Positions 48,592 through 56,600 of a stretch of DNA of 64,000 bases are shown here, piece after piece; within the stretch, counting starts at the first letter, position 1; each line of letters begins with the position of its first letter. The notes beneath the pieces are model-generated. The model searched no databases. It was not told the DNA's origin and saw nothing but the letters and a program-made list of their open reading frames with translations. Position numbers and translations under genes: made by a program. This DNA is from an uncultured virus (IMG/VR IMGVR_UViG_3300045284_000309) (lineage: Duplodnaviria > Heunggongvirae > Uroviricota > Caudoviricetes): IMG/VR virus record IMGVR_UViG_3300045284_000309; one strand, 5' to 3'.

Positions 48592-48807
48592 TCATGAAAG
48601 GGGGAAATTAGGCGTCTGGTCGAAATTGATGAAATATTCAAAGCCGTCCACGAGTTTTTCATCCGGTGGTAGCACTCGGCCGGTCTTTGTTTCTTGAATA
48701 TGGCTCGTGAAATTGATTCCCCAGCAATTTTGGAGAGACTGCCGGATTGATTCTGGCGTCTCTCCAGGCTCGATCTGAAATACACCGAGAGGGTACAGCT
48801 TGATCAT
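48592..48807 (-). CDS. Hypothetical protein
   Basis: ATGA-coupled 71-aa ORF. Confidence 0.6.
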   Translation of the reverse strand: MIKLYPLGVFQIEPGETPESIRQSLQNCWGINFTSHIQETKTGRVLPPDEKLVDGFEYFINFDQTPNFPLS

Positions 48808-49061
48808 GAGGCTTTTTCCTGGAGAGTCGTGCGCTGGAGGACTTGCAGGGCGATGTCGAGATCATGCAAAGCCCTGGCGTAGTTTTCAGAAGCACCAGGA
48901 GAGGGCGATTGCCGCTTGTCCTTCGAGGCTTTGAAGGCGGTGTGGGCTTTCTTGACGTTTTCAGATGCGTCCTGGTAGTCATTTTGTGGATTTCGCTGGC
49001 CGGATAGGACGCTATCCACTCTGCGAGCGATCTCCCGTTCGTCACTGTTCATGTGAATCAT
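48804..49061 (-). CDS. Hypothetical protein
   Basis: First ORF of the leftward unit after the non-coding gap. Confidence 0.55.
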   Translation of the reverse strand: MIHMNSDEREIARRVDSVLSGQRNPQNDYQDASENVKKAHTAFKASKDKRQSPSPGASENYARALHDLDIALQVLQRTTLQEKAS

Positions 49062-49930
49062 GGTAGCAAAAGGGTCAAATCCCAGATTTTTTCCCCAAAA
49101 ACAATTTCCTCGGATGTAATTCTAAATAGACCCAGGGTTCCAGTGTAATTGCAAATAGTCCCTGGGCCTCGGTTATGAAAATACGGTGTTCATAAGTGCC
49201 CCGCTGAACGAGCCGCCGGTACATCTCGTGAAATTCACATTCTGATAACATTTTTTTGGCTCAACCATGCGGTTGTAAAGACGAAATTCATGATTCTTTA
49301 CAATTTCATTACGACCAAAGTGCCTGCAAATCGATGGTTTCGGTCGGAGGACGGGATTTCAACACGGGGATTGCCAGTGCGTTACCGGGAATGAAAACAC
49401 CCGCTCTGGGAAGGGTGAAATTCGAGGGTTCTGGACGGGGTTTCCAGAGGGTGTTGCCAGTGATGAAATTGGTAAGTGTCCTAGGGTCGTAACCCTGATG
49501 TTTCCTAGGGATTCAGGTAGGGATTTCGGGGGATTGCCCGGAGAGGTGAGACTACGTTTCCCGATTTCAGGGTTCAGGAGATTTCACTACGGCCGTCCTA
49601 GGGGTTCCCATAGGGTCGCAGAGGGTTCTATCAAGTCTTCCGGCCCGGTAGGTTTCGATGAAATCTAGGGGGGATTTCAGGGGTTCTGGCGCATGGATAG
49701 ACGGTAACGACCCTAGGCTACTTTCAGGGGTTCGGCGCCGATGAAATCTAGCCTAGTTGCCGACTGGGGAAACAGGGGTTCTAGGACGGTGAAATCCGGT
49801 TATCGTCCTACGGTCGTTTCCAGATACCGGATCCGTAGGGGGGATGAAATTCGGAAACCCATCGGGGGATACCGGCCGGAATCTTCGCGCATGGAAAACA
49901 CGGGGAAGACTTGACACGGTACAATGCAGC
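49062..49930. other. Long non-coding divergent region with short imperfect repeats
   Basis: No credible ORF; TTTCAGGGGTTC x2, GATGAAATCTAG x2, several CCTAGGG. Confidence 0.6.
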
Positions 49931-49957
49931 TTCGCTGCACTTTTGCAGCGGGGCGAA

Positions 49958-50078
49958 CTTTGAAAACTCAGGTAGCGAATCCGGGCGAAACCCCGCCTGT
50001 TGACCACGGCCGAAAGTAGGGGGTTACTAACCCCCATTTGAACCGGCTGATGCGCGCTATCTGACTGACCTTTGAAAA
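49958..50078 (+). ncRNA. Structured leader RNA between two boxA-like CTTTGAAAA motifs
   Basis: Closing stem TCAGGTAGCG (49968-77) / CGCTATCTGA (50055-64); internal GGGGGTT/AACCCCC hairpin. Confidence 0.55.
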
Positions 50079-50089
50079 TTACGAATAGA

Positions 50090-51463
50090 CCTGAAATCCT
50101 GCCCTAGCGTTTCATTGAATCCCCCTACGGCCGGAACGATCCAGTTCCCCCGAATCCATCCGGATCCGGGTTTCCTAGATCCATCCGACAAAAAAGGTGG
50201 TTACATGAAAACGTACGGCAGAAACACTCACCAGGGGTTCATCGCCGAACAATGCGAAAGTGGCAAGTCTCAATCGGAGGCTTTCGCCACACTTGAACCG
50301 CTGGTTCTGGCTCAGATTGAGCCGATGATTTTCACGCGAAACCCTGATCGTTCTATGGGGGAATCGCATCGCATGCCGAAGCCGATGGCGCAGCAATTGC
50401 TAGACCTTCGCAACGCTATCGGCCGGATCTATTCCGCGATTGAGCGGGATAGGGCCGGAACGGGTTCTACCCGCCAGACTCGGACGATTGTTGAAACCGT
50501 GGAAACGGCCGAAACTGAAATCGTCGAATCACGGCCGGTAGCGTCAGGAAAGCGCCGGATCGAGACTGAACTGGAAAAGATGGAACGTCGTCTAGATGAA
50601 ATCTCCAGGTTCTGTCAGTCTCGCAACGAAACGGATCCGATCGATGAAATTGGAATGCGGCCGTATGAAGCGGCAGGCAGACTGATTCCCCGTGGTGTTC
50701 CGGCCGATGCGATCCTATCGGCTATCTCGATTCACTGGTCTAGAGATGCCCGGCAAGATGCGGGTATCGCAGACTTCGATTTCACTGCGTTGTCCAGGCG
50801 GTTCATGGATGAGCAAAACTGCGAATCCTACTGGCGCAATGAACGTGGCCAGACTGAACCGCTACACGAGATGTTCGGCTACGTGCTAACGCTTGCGCAA
50901 GCTCGCCAGCCGATCTATCTCTACGGAATCAAAGGTACGGGGAAATCCCATCTTGCGAGACAGCTTGCAACGTACCTAGACCTGCCGTACGGGGAAACCC
51001 CGCTATCGGCTGGCGCAAGCCGTGGCGACCTGCTAGGCAGGCTTACGGCAAGCTCTGAACGGCCGTTCATCCCGGCGAAATTCACGCAATGCTACTCAGG
51101 TGGCGGCGTGTTCAATTTCGAGGAAATGGACGCGGCTCTAGCCGAAATGATTATCGTCCTGAATAACGCATTGGCCGGTGATTATTTCGAGAATTCCATG
51201 TCCGGGGAAGCGCTCAATAAGAGCGAGAATTTCATCCCCGTGGCAACGGCCAATACCCTCGCAATGGGGGCGAATTCAAAGTACATCCGCGAGCGTTTGG
51301 ACGCGGCAACTTTGGACAGATGGAACCCCGGCCGTGTCGAAGTGAAATTCGACAAAAAACTCGCGAAGCACATGCTTTACAAGCATAGTGGCGGAGTGAA
51401 AAACAGCTAGATCATTGCGGCTGTAGGGGGATTCAATAAAACGCTAGTAAGCGGGATTTCAGG
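50090..51463 (+). repeat. Long imperfect inverted repeat (50090-50146 / 51405-51463) enclosing the AAA+ gene
   Basis: CCTGAAATCCTGCCCTAGCGTTTCATTGAATCCCCCTACGGCCG versus the reverse complement of CGGCTGTAGGGGGATTCAATAAAACGCTAGTAAGCGGGATTTCAGG. Confidence 0.9.
50205..51410 (+). CDS. MoxR/CbbQ/CobS-like AAA+ ATPase
   Basis: GIKGTGKS, FNFEEMD, LNNAL, ATANT, LDAATLDR; AAGGTGG RBS before ATG 50205. Confidence 0.9.
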   Translation: MKTYGRNTHQGFIAEQCESGKSQSEAFATLEPLVLAQIEPMIFTRNPDRSMGESHRMPKPMAQQLLDLRNAIGRIYSAIERDRAGTGSTRQTRTIVETVETAETEIVESRPVASGKRRIETELEKMERRLDEISRFCQSRNETDPIDEIGMRPYEAAGRLIPRGVPADAILSAISIHWSRDARQDAGIADFDFTALSRRFMDEQNCESYWRNERGQTEPLHEMFGYVLTLAQARQPIYLYGIKGTGKSHLARQLATYLDLPYGETPLSAGASRGDLLGRLTASSERPFIPAKFTQCYSGGGVFNFEEMDAALAEMIIVLNNALAGDYFENSMSGEALNKSENFIPVATANTLAMGANSKYIRERLDAATLDRWNPGRVEVKFDKKLAKHMLYKHSGGVKNS

Positions 51464-52423
51464 CTGAATTACACTGGATTGGGAACCCCTTCCGACTAGA
51501 AGGGATTTTCCAATGACTAAGAGCAATGAGAGCTACTTTCAGATCGATTGGTTCGATTACAAAAAGATCTTGAAATCGACCGTCCTAGACGGTAAGGCTC
51601 CGACACTGAATAACGCAAACACGACGCGGAGTTTCGCAACTCATGTTGCGGATTCCGGTAGCTGGCGCGGCTATTCAGATGGGCAATTGAAGCGGTGGAT
51701 TTCAGAGGGTTACACTCCCCCTGAAATGGTCGGTGGTTTGAGTAACCTCATCCCCCCGATGCGTGAAAAGAGTCGCACGATTTGGAACGAAGATGGCGAT
51801 GAATTTCATGTTGACCGCGCGATGAGTGGAACGGACAATTTCATGTCCTCTCAGTCTCGCCGGGAGGTTATCCCCGGTCTAAAGATTGAGGCCGGAATCA
51901 TGTTTAGTTCGGCCACGAATCACACTGTCGTCAACAATTACACTATCTGGCTTTGCAAGGTATTGTTCTCACTCGAACAAAGTGGAATTGATACTCAGCT
52001 TACGCTCGATTTCCCGTCATGGGAAAGTGTAAATGACTCGTCGCGGAAACGTGCCGGAACGTCAGGCGCGACCCTATATCACTCAGTAGTCAGAGTGAAA
52101 AAAGAGGGTGAGATTTCCGATTTCAAGTCATGGTCGGCGATGGTATCCCCGGCAGCGCTGCGCAACTTCGGTTTCGGGGCTATCTGCCTACATGCGAATG
52201 AAATAAATGGAACCCCTAGCGGTTCGATGGGTAGGGGGGTTCCGGAACGTCACGAATGGAAACTTGTATGGAATGAGGAGAGGCGAGTTTTGATCGTTGA
52301 AAACGCCTACACTTCTTCATCGTTTCCGGAATCCAAAATGACGGCCGACTTGAAAGCCGTCATGCAAAAGGTTAGCGGCAAGACTCAGTAATTTCATCGG
52401 GGTTTCCATCCAGTGTAATTCGG
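51464..52423 (+). repeat. Inverted repeat (51464-51489 / 52399-52423) enclosing the partner gene
   Basis: CTGAATTACACTGGATTGGGAACCCC / GGGGTTTCCATCCAGTGTAATTCGG: 25 pairs including 2 G-U, plus 1 bulge. Confidence 0.9.
51513..52391 (+). CDS. AAA+ partner protein (vWA/CobT-like, divergent)
   Basis: Follows the MoxR-like ATPase; GDEFHVDRAMSG, LEQSGI, VKK, P...R..GF pattern. Confidence 0.6.
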   Translation: MTKSNESYFQIDWFDYKKILKSTVLDGKAPTLNNANTTRSFATHVADSGSWRGYSDGQLKRWISEGYTPPEMVGGLSNLIPPMREKSRTIWNEDGDEFHVDRAMSGTDNFMSSQSRREVIPGLKIEAGIMFSSATNHTVVNNYTIWLCKVLFSLEQSGIDTQLTLDFPSWESVNDSSRKRAGTSGATLYHSVVRVKKEGEISDFKSWSAMVSPAALRNFGFGAICLHANEINGTPSGSMGRGVPERHEWKLVWNEERRVLIVENAYTSSSFPESKMTADLKAVMQKVSGKTQ

Positions 52424-52441
52424 ATCTATCTTCAAGATTTC

Positions 52442-52477
52442 AGGGCGGCTCTCGCGAGAGGGTCGCCCTTTTTTTTC
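52442..52477 (+). terminator. Intrinsic terminator
   Basis: AGGGCGGCTCTC-GCGA-GAGGGTCGCCCT followed by a T run. Confidence 0.9.
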
Positions 52478-52500
52478 ACGATTTCACGAATTACCTTCCG

Positions 52501-52524
52501 CCCGGTGCCAGCCGGGTTTTTTTT
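52501..52524 (+). terminator. Second tandem terminator
   Basis: CCCGG..CCGGG followed by T8. Confidence 0.7.
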
Positions 52525-53078
52525 GTGCTTTCATGTTGTCAGAACGGGCAATTACCAATTACAGGATCCTGTTGCCAAGCCTGGCGATTATCGATTTCAA
52601 GGATCGAATGGGAAACCGATTTCAGGGTGGAATCCGTTTTCAATCCAAAGTGAAATGTTCGCATGTCGGTGCTCGTGAAATTTCACAATCGATTCGTCGC
52701 GGGTTGTCTGGCAATGAAATCCTGGTTATTCTGGGCCGGTGGGCGGGAGTTGGTGGGCCTCGTGGGGAAGCCGTGAAATCGCTTCTACCGTGCTCAGGCT
52801 CGTGGCCAGGTGGGAACCCTCACCAGACGGCCGGAAGCCGTTAGACGGGCTTAGAGAGGCTTGCAGCCATGCGGGTTTGCGAAGCACTTGCCCCTGTGAG
52901 GCTCTGTAAGCCGTTCTAAGAGGCTGGGTTGGCCGGATGACCTGGGAGTCGCATAAGGTGGTCAGAGGCGCTTAGAGAGGCTTACAGGGGCTTGAAAAAG
53001 GTGGGCGGCATGAGCGCTGGCGTCCGGCGTGAAACTCGGCGTGGAAAGGTGCCGCACTCGTTTTGATAGTTGGGCGCG

Positions 53079-53112
53079 AAAAATAAAAACCCCCGGCGTG
53101 AGCCAGGGGTTT
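53079..53112 (-). terminator. Intrinsic terminator of the leftward early region
   Basis: AAACCCCTGGC..GCCGGGGGTTT followed by TTATTTTT. Confidence 0.8.
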
Positions 53113-53138
53113 CGATGAAGCCGGGATGCAGAACGGGC

Positions 53139-53660
53139 TTAGATCAGCCGCGCTCCGGACGGCCTTCTGAAAAAGCCGAAGTGCGGATTATCGGGAGAGG
53201 GCTTGAGCGTGGCGGTGAAAACGATGTTACGGCCGTGAAGCTCGGAGGGCATCTTGATTTCGGCCGACTCGTGAATGTTCGCCGGGACGGTTCCCCAAAC
53301 CTTGTTACCGTCGATCAGGCGCACCGTCATTTTCAGCGAGTCGCCGTAATCGCTGCTGTGCCACTTGGTCGAAAGGATCTCGCCGCTGAATTCCCGCTTG
53401 CCTGCCACGAGATCCGGCGCACCCTGTGAAATCTCCTCGTCGGCCTTCTTCGTCTCCGCATGATGCTTCGCGGTGCGCATCCACTTTTCAGTTGCGGCCT
53501 TCTGCCCTTTAGTGAGCGAGCCGAACGTCTTGACCGCCGCCTGCATGTCGCGCAGAAAATCGTGGCAGTCGTCACCTTGTGAAAACAGCCAGGAGACAAG
53601 CTCGATATTTTCGAGCCGCCACTCATTCGTATCCTGCATCCTCTGTTCGTGCCGTGTCAT
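53139..53660 (-). CDS. Hypothetical protein with C-terminal OB-like region
   Basis: F..DM......GSLT.GQ motif; KVWGTVP..FGFFRRP; own promoter and RBS. Confidence 0.75.
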   Translation of the reverse strand: MTRHEQRMQDTNEWRLENIELVSWLFSQGDDCHDFLRDMQAAVKTFGSLTKGQKAATEKWMRTAKHHAETKKADEEISQGAPDLVAGKREFSGEILSTKWHSSDYGDSLKMTVRLIDGNKVWGTVPANIHESAEIKMPSELHGRNIVFTATLKPSPDNPHFGFFRRPSGARLI

Positions 53661-53697
53661 GAGTCAAATTTCCTTTCGCGTGTCGGAAGCTGCGACC

Positions 53698-53726
53698 ACC
53701 ATACAGGCAATTTCCTTTCCTGTCAA
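53698..53726 (-). promoter_or_regulatory. sigma70-type promoter
   Basis: TTGACA-17-TATGGT. Confidence 0.8.
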
Positions 53727-53754
53727 GAGCAATCTTGAAGGTTTCCTAAGAACG

Positions 53755-53779
53755 AAAAGAGCCGCCTTGCGGCGGCTCT
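53755..53779 (-). terminator. Intrinsic terminator
   Basis: AGAGCCGCC-GCAA-GGCGGCTCT followed by TTT. Confidence 0.75.
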
Positions 53780-53807
53780 CGTGGAGCGGTGGAGCGTGGG
53801 AGGGATT

Positions 53808-54044
53808 TCAGAAGCCGCCCTCCATGAGATGACCGCCGTAGGTTCCGATCTTTTCATCGCGAGCCGCGAAGTGATCGGACGTTCCCATGACGGCCTTGTA
53901 AAACTTGCCACGGTCGAAGCGGGGATTGTCCTGGGCGAACGTGTCAGCGAGTGAAAGCGTGAGGCACCACACGACGCCGGTTTTGTCCTGGGCGAACGCG
54001 GGAGCGAGAGTAGCGGCGATCTTGGCGTAATCCTTCATGGTCAT
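53808..54044 (-). CDS. Hypothetical protein
   Basis: MTMKDYAKIA..LADTFAQDNPRFDRGKF; AAGGAG RBS. Confidence 0.75.
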   Translation of the reverse strand: MTMKDYAKIAATLAPAFAQDKTGVVWCLTLSLADTFAQDNPRFDRGKFYKAVMGTSDHFAARDEKIGTYGGHLMEGGF

Positions 54045-54079
54045 TGCAATTTCTCCTTGTTGTCGGAAGCGATGGAACC

Positions 54080-54109
54080 ACCATAGCACGAATTTCCTTC
54101 CGGTGTCAA
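54080..54109 (-). promoter_or_regulatory. sigma70-type promoter
   Basis: TTGACA-18-TATGGT with TG extension. Confidence 0.8.
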
Positions 54110-54427
54110 GGGCGATTGCAAATTACCGTTCCGGCGTCTGAGAGAGCCGCATCGGGATTGCTGCAAAGCTTCGGAGCGCTGCAAAGCCATTCGCGCCAGG
54201 TGCCGACGAAGTGCGAGCCGTACGGATGAATTTCAGACCAGCAATGCCAGCCGAGCTTCATCGCCTGGATGACGTGAAAAAGAGTCATAGCAGGCCCGCT
54301 ACATACAAGCTCAGGACTGCAATGATGAGCGAGAGCAATCCGAGTGCGAGCGATTGCGTTGTCTTGTTTCCCGGCCTCACGCAAACAAGGAAAAGAGCGG
54401 TGAGACAGGAAAGAACGATGGCGATTT

Positions 54428-54622
54428 TCATGACCGGCCCTTCATGTCAGAGAGTGAAATTACAGCCTCGCGCATTGCCTCATGCTCCGCTGCCGCGCTT
54501 GACGGCTCCAAGAGCATCACCGGCTTTTTGCGCTGCCGGTAGCGCCAGTCGATTTCAGCCACGACGCCGACCATGACGACGGCTGCGACAACAACCAGGA
54601 GAGCGGCGAGGGAGGCGGTCAT
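54428..54622 (-). CDS. Small membrane protein
   Basis: MTASLAALLVVVAAVVMVGVV hydrophobic N-terminus; ATGA-coupled. Confidence 0.6.
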   Translation of the reverse strand: MTASLAALLVVVAAVVMVGVVAEIDWRYRQRKKPVMLLEPSSAAAEHEAMREAVISLSDMKGRS

Positions 54623-54792
54623 GCCCGCCCCCCTGAAAACGCCTTTGGCGCTATCGCCGTGCTCGTGTCGATAACGAGCCAATCGCCCTTGATGTTGTAA
54701 TTCGCAAAATCAAGCGCGGCATTCTCGCTTGAAAACGGGCCGACTAGCTCCGGAAGATCATACCCTCCGGTGAGTAGGATGAACCAGGTCAT
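54619..54792 (-). CDS. 57-aa hypothetical protein (not in ORF track)
   Basis: MTWFILLTGG..LVGPFSSENAA; ATGA overlaps at both ends. Confidence 0.6.
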   Translation of the reverse strand: MTWFILLTGGYDLPELVGPFSSENAALDFANYNIKGDWLVIDTSTAIAPKAFSGGRA

Positions 54793-55199
54793 GCCCGCCC
54801 CCCGTGCTTCTTTGAAATTGTCGGCATCGACCGGCGAACCTGCTCGCTTGAAAACGAGTAGGTATGCATGAAATCGCGCTCGCGCCGTGTGAGCTTGGCA
54901 GTCGTCTTCCTGATCGCGGCTCGCGCAACGCGGGCGAGATCGGCCAGGTATTCCATGCGGATCTGAAAAGCCAGAGACGGCTTCGGAAGCTCGCCGTTTC
55001 CCTTGACCGGCTCGCGGTCGATGTGTGAAAACGTCTCGCGGTTCTCGATCACGCCGAGAAGGTCGAAGCGCACCGGCTGCTTAGCGGCCAGCTTGCGGGC
55101 CTTCTGAGCCGCCAGGTGAAGCTCGCAGGCGTAGACGAAACCGCCGCCGTACGTGAAGGTGCATCCGCACCGCTTGCCTTTGACCATTAGCTCTACCAC
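54789..55199 (-). CDS. Hypothetical protein
   Basis: CGC..CELH; GAAGGA RBS. Confidence 0.7.
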   Translation of the reverse strand: MVELMVKGKRCGCTFTYGGGFVYACELHLAAQKARKLAAKQPVRFDLLGVIENRETFSHIDREPVKGNGELPKPSLAFQIRMEYLADLARVARAAIRKTTAKLTRRERDFMHTYSFSSEQVRRSMPTISKKHGGRA

Positions 55200-55234
55200 T
55201 TGAATTTCCTTCCTGTCGGAGTGCTATCTCCAAC

Positions 55235-55264
55235 AGCGTATCAGACCCTGGGCCTATTGCGCAA
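55235..55264 (-). promoter_or_regulatory. Promoter with CCCAGGG spacer box
   Basis: TTGCGC-18-TACGCT; shares CCCAGGGTCTGATAC with 57786-57814. Confidence 0.6.
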
Positions 55265-55284
55265 GGGCAGTTAGGAAATTCGTA

Positions 55285-55710
55285 TCAGGGGAAGGGAAAC
55301 GGCTCTCTCGCCCCGCTGTGGCAACCGGAAGCTTGAGAGCCGTACCCTCCCCCCTTTTCCCCCCAGCCCCTCCGGAACGGGTCGGTGAACCCGGAGGACG
55401 GAGGGAACCTAGCAGCTTTTCAGGGCAGATACAACTTCCCCTGGTTGGGCGGTGTTTGACTTCTGTCCTCTGAGTCCGGGGTTTGGAGAGAAAGCGCCCT
55501 GTTCGCATATGGAATTTCAGCCCCCAGCCGGTCATCGTGGCGTAAACCGCTCGATCTGCCACCGGCCACCGTCTTTTACGATTTTGCCCATACCTACGGT
55601 GCCTGCTTGAAATTCCTTATCTGTCGGCCCGACTCTCTCGGAGGTTGTCGGGCATCAATTGAAATTCATGGTGAGCCTCGCGTGTTGCGGGTTTATTCTT
55701 GTCGGAAGTG
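55285..55710 (-). ncRNA. Candidate ~430-nt structured non-coding RNA
   Basis: Own promoter at 55716-55744; several stems; no convincing ORF. Confidence 0.45.
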
Positions 55711-55715
55711 ATGCG

Positions 55716-55744
55716 ACCCTACAGGATCGCTCAGAGCGTGTCAA
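55716..55744 (-). promoter_or_regulatory. sigma70-type promoter
   Basis: TTGACA-17-TAGGGT. Confidence 0.7.
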
Positions 55745-55747
55745 GGC

Positions 55748-55825
55748 AAAAAGAAAGGGCCGGGGGAGTCTCACCTTGAACCCCGGCCCTTCCGCCTAGC
55801 TCCTTCCGACAAGAAAGGATTTCGT
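55748..55825 (-). ncRNA. Candidate trans-acting antisense sRNA
   Basis: Promoter at 55831-55859; seed AUCCUUUCUUGUCGGAAGG; 11-bp terminator stem (55755-65 / 55781-91) plus U-tract. Confidence 0.7.
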
Positions 55826-55830
55826 TGACC

Positions 55831-55859
55831 ACGGTAGCAGCTTACGGGGATTGTGTCAA
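55831..55859 (-). promoter_or_regulatory. sigma70-type promoter for the sRNA
   Basis: TTGACA-17-TACCGT with TGn extension, overlapping the 3' end of ORF 55842-56117. Confidence 0.75.
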
Positions 55860-56117
55860 CCCCTGCTGCTCGATCACATGCAGAGCGGCCGTGAAACCGT
55901 CCAGCCACAGGGATGCAAGCGTAGCGGCGGCTCCGACTGTCGGCCGGATTTCAGGGGATGCCATCAGGATCATTCTGGCCCGCTGAGTCGCGCAGTATTG
56001 AGCCGATTCCATATCCACACCCATCGCCTCGATCCCCTTGAAAAGATCCTGGGAGGCGTCGGCCAGGGCATCATTCATGCGGACGGCCGCAAAGATTTCC
56101 TCGCCGGTGATTTTCAT
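55842..56117 (-). CDS. Hypothetical protein
   Basis: ATGA-coupled 91-aa ORF. Confidence 0.7.
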   Translation of the reverse strand: MKITGEEIFAAVRMNDALADASQDLFKGIEAMGVDMESAQYCATQRARMILMASPEIRPTVGAAATLASLWLDGFTAALHVIEQQGLTQSP

Positions 56118-56467
56118 GACTTGCGCTCCATGTTGAAGCTCTCGGCCAGGCCAGAAGTCAGCGCCTGAATTTCAACGAGCATACGCTCGTCATCCGTGAG
56201 CGTACGCCAGCCTACCGGCTCCGGTGAAAACATCGTTCGGTCAATGGCCACGACATCGCCAATTGAAATCGAGCGGCCTTCATAGCCCTTGGGCGGCGTC
56301 ATGACTTCATCGACCCGCTGAAAACGACGCCAAACGTCGTCAACGGTGAAGCTCCGATCCGGGAAAGCGTCTTGGCTGTCCTCGACCCAGACAAGCTTGT
56401 AATTCGCGCTGTCCTTGAACCCCATGCAGGTCTGAACAAACGGGGCTTGATAGATTGCGATTTTCAT
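56114..56467 (-). CDS. YodL-like domain protein
   Basis: IYQ..YKLVW..F...P.GYEGRSISIGDVV..VGW. Confidence 0.8.
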   Translation of the reverse strand: MKIAIYQAPFVQTCMGFKDSANYKLVWVEDSQDAFPDRSFTVDDVWRRFQRVDEVMTPPKGYEGRSISIGDVVAIDRTMFSPEPVGWRTLTDDERMLVEIQALTSGLAESFNMERKS

Positions 56468-56599
56468 TTAGGCTTCCTTTGCGCACGGCTCGCAAACGCA
56501 AGCCGTGGTGAGTAGGGGAGTCTTGAAAAAGAACCAGTTGCGCAGGGTGAAGGTGCCGCACCCATCGCATCGCGCTCTTTTGTTACAGAGTTTCCACAT
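56468..56599 (-). CDS. 43-aa Zn-finger-like protein
   Basis: MWKLCNKRARCDGCG...CVCEPC; GAAAGGG RBS. Confidence 0.65.
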   Translation of the reverse strand: MWKLCNKRARCDGCGTFTLRNWFFFKTPLLTTACVCEPCAKEA

Positions 56600-56600
56600 T

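Noticed and set aside
49911..49925. TTGACA and TACAAT as a consensus promoter
   Set aside because: They are only 3 nt apart and cannot form one -35/-10 pair. The promoter of the + operon remains unassigned.
50090..52423. Inverted repeats as transposon ends or an invertible switch
   Set aside because: No transposase or recombinase in the window, the two repeat pairs are unrelated in sequence, and the mismatches favour G-U RNA pairing. Not formally excluded.
52533..52844. 103-aa + strand ORF
   Set aside because: It lies after two strong terminators, has no clear RBS or motifs, and overlaps the periodic tract.
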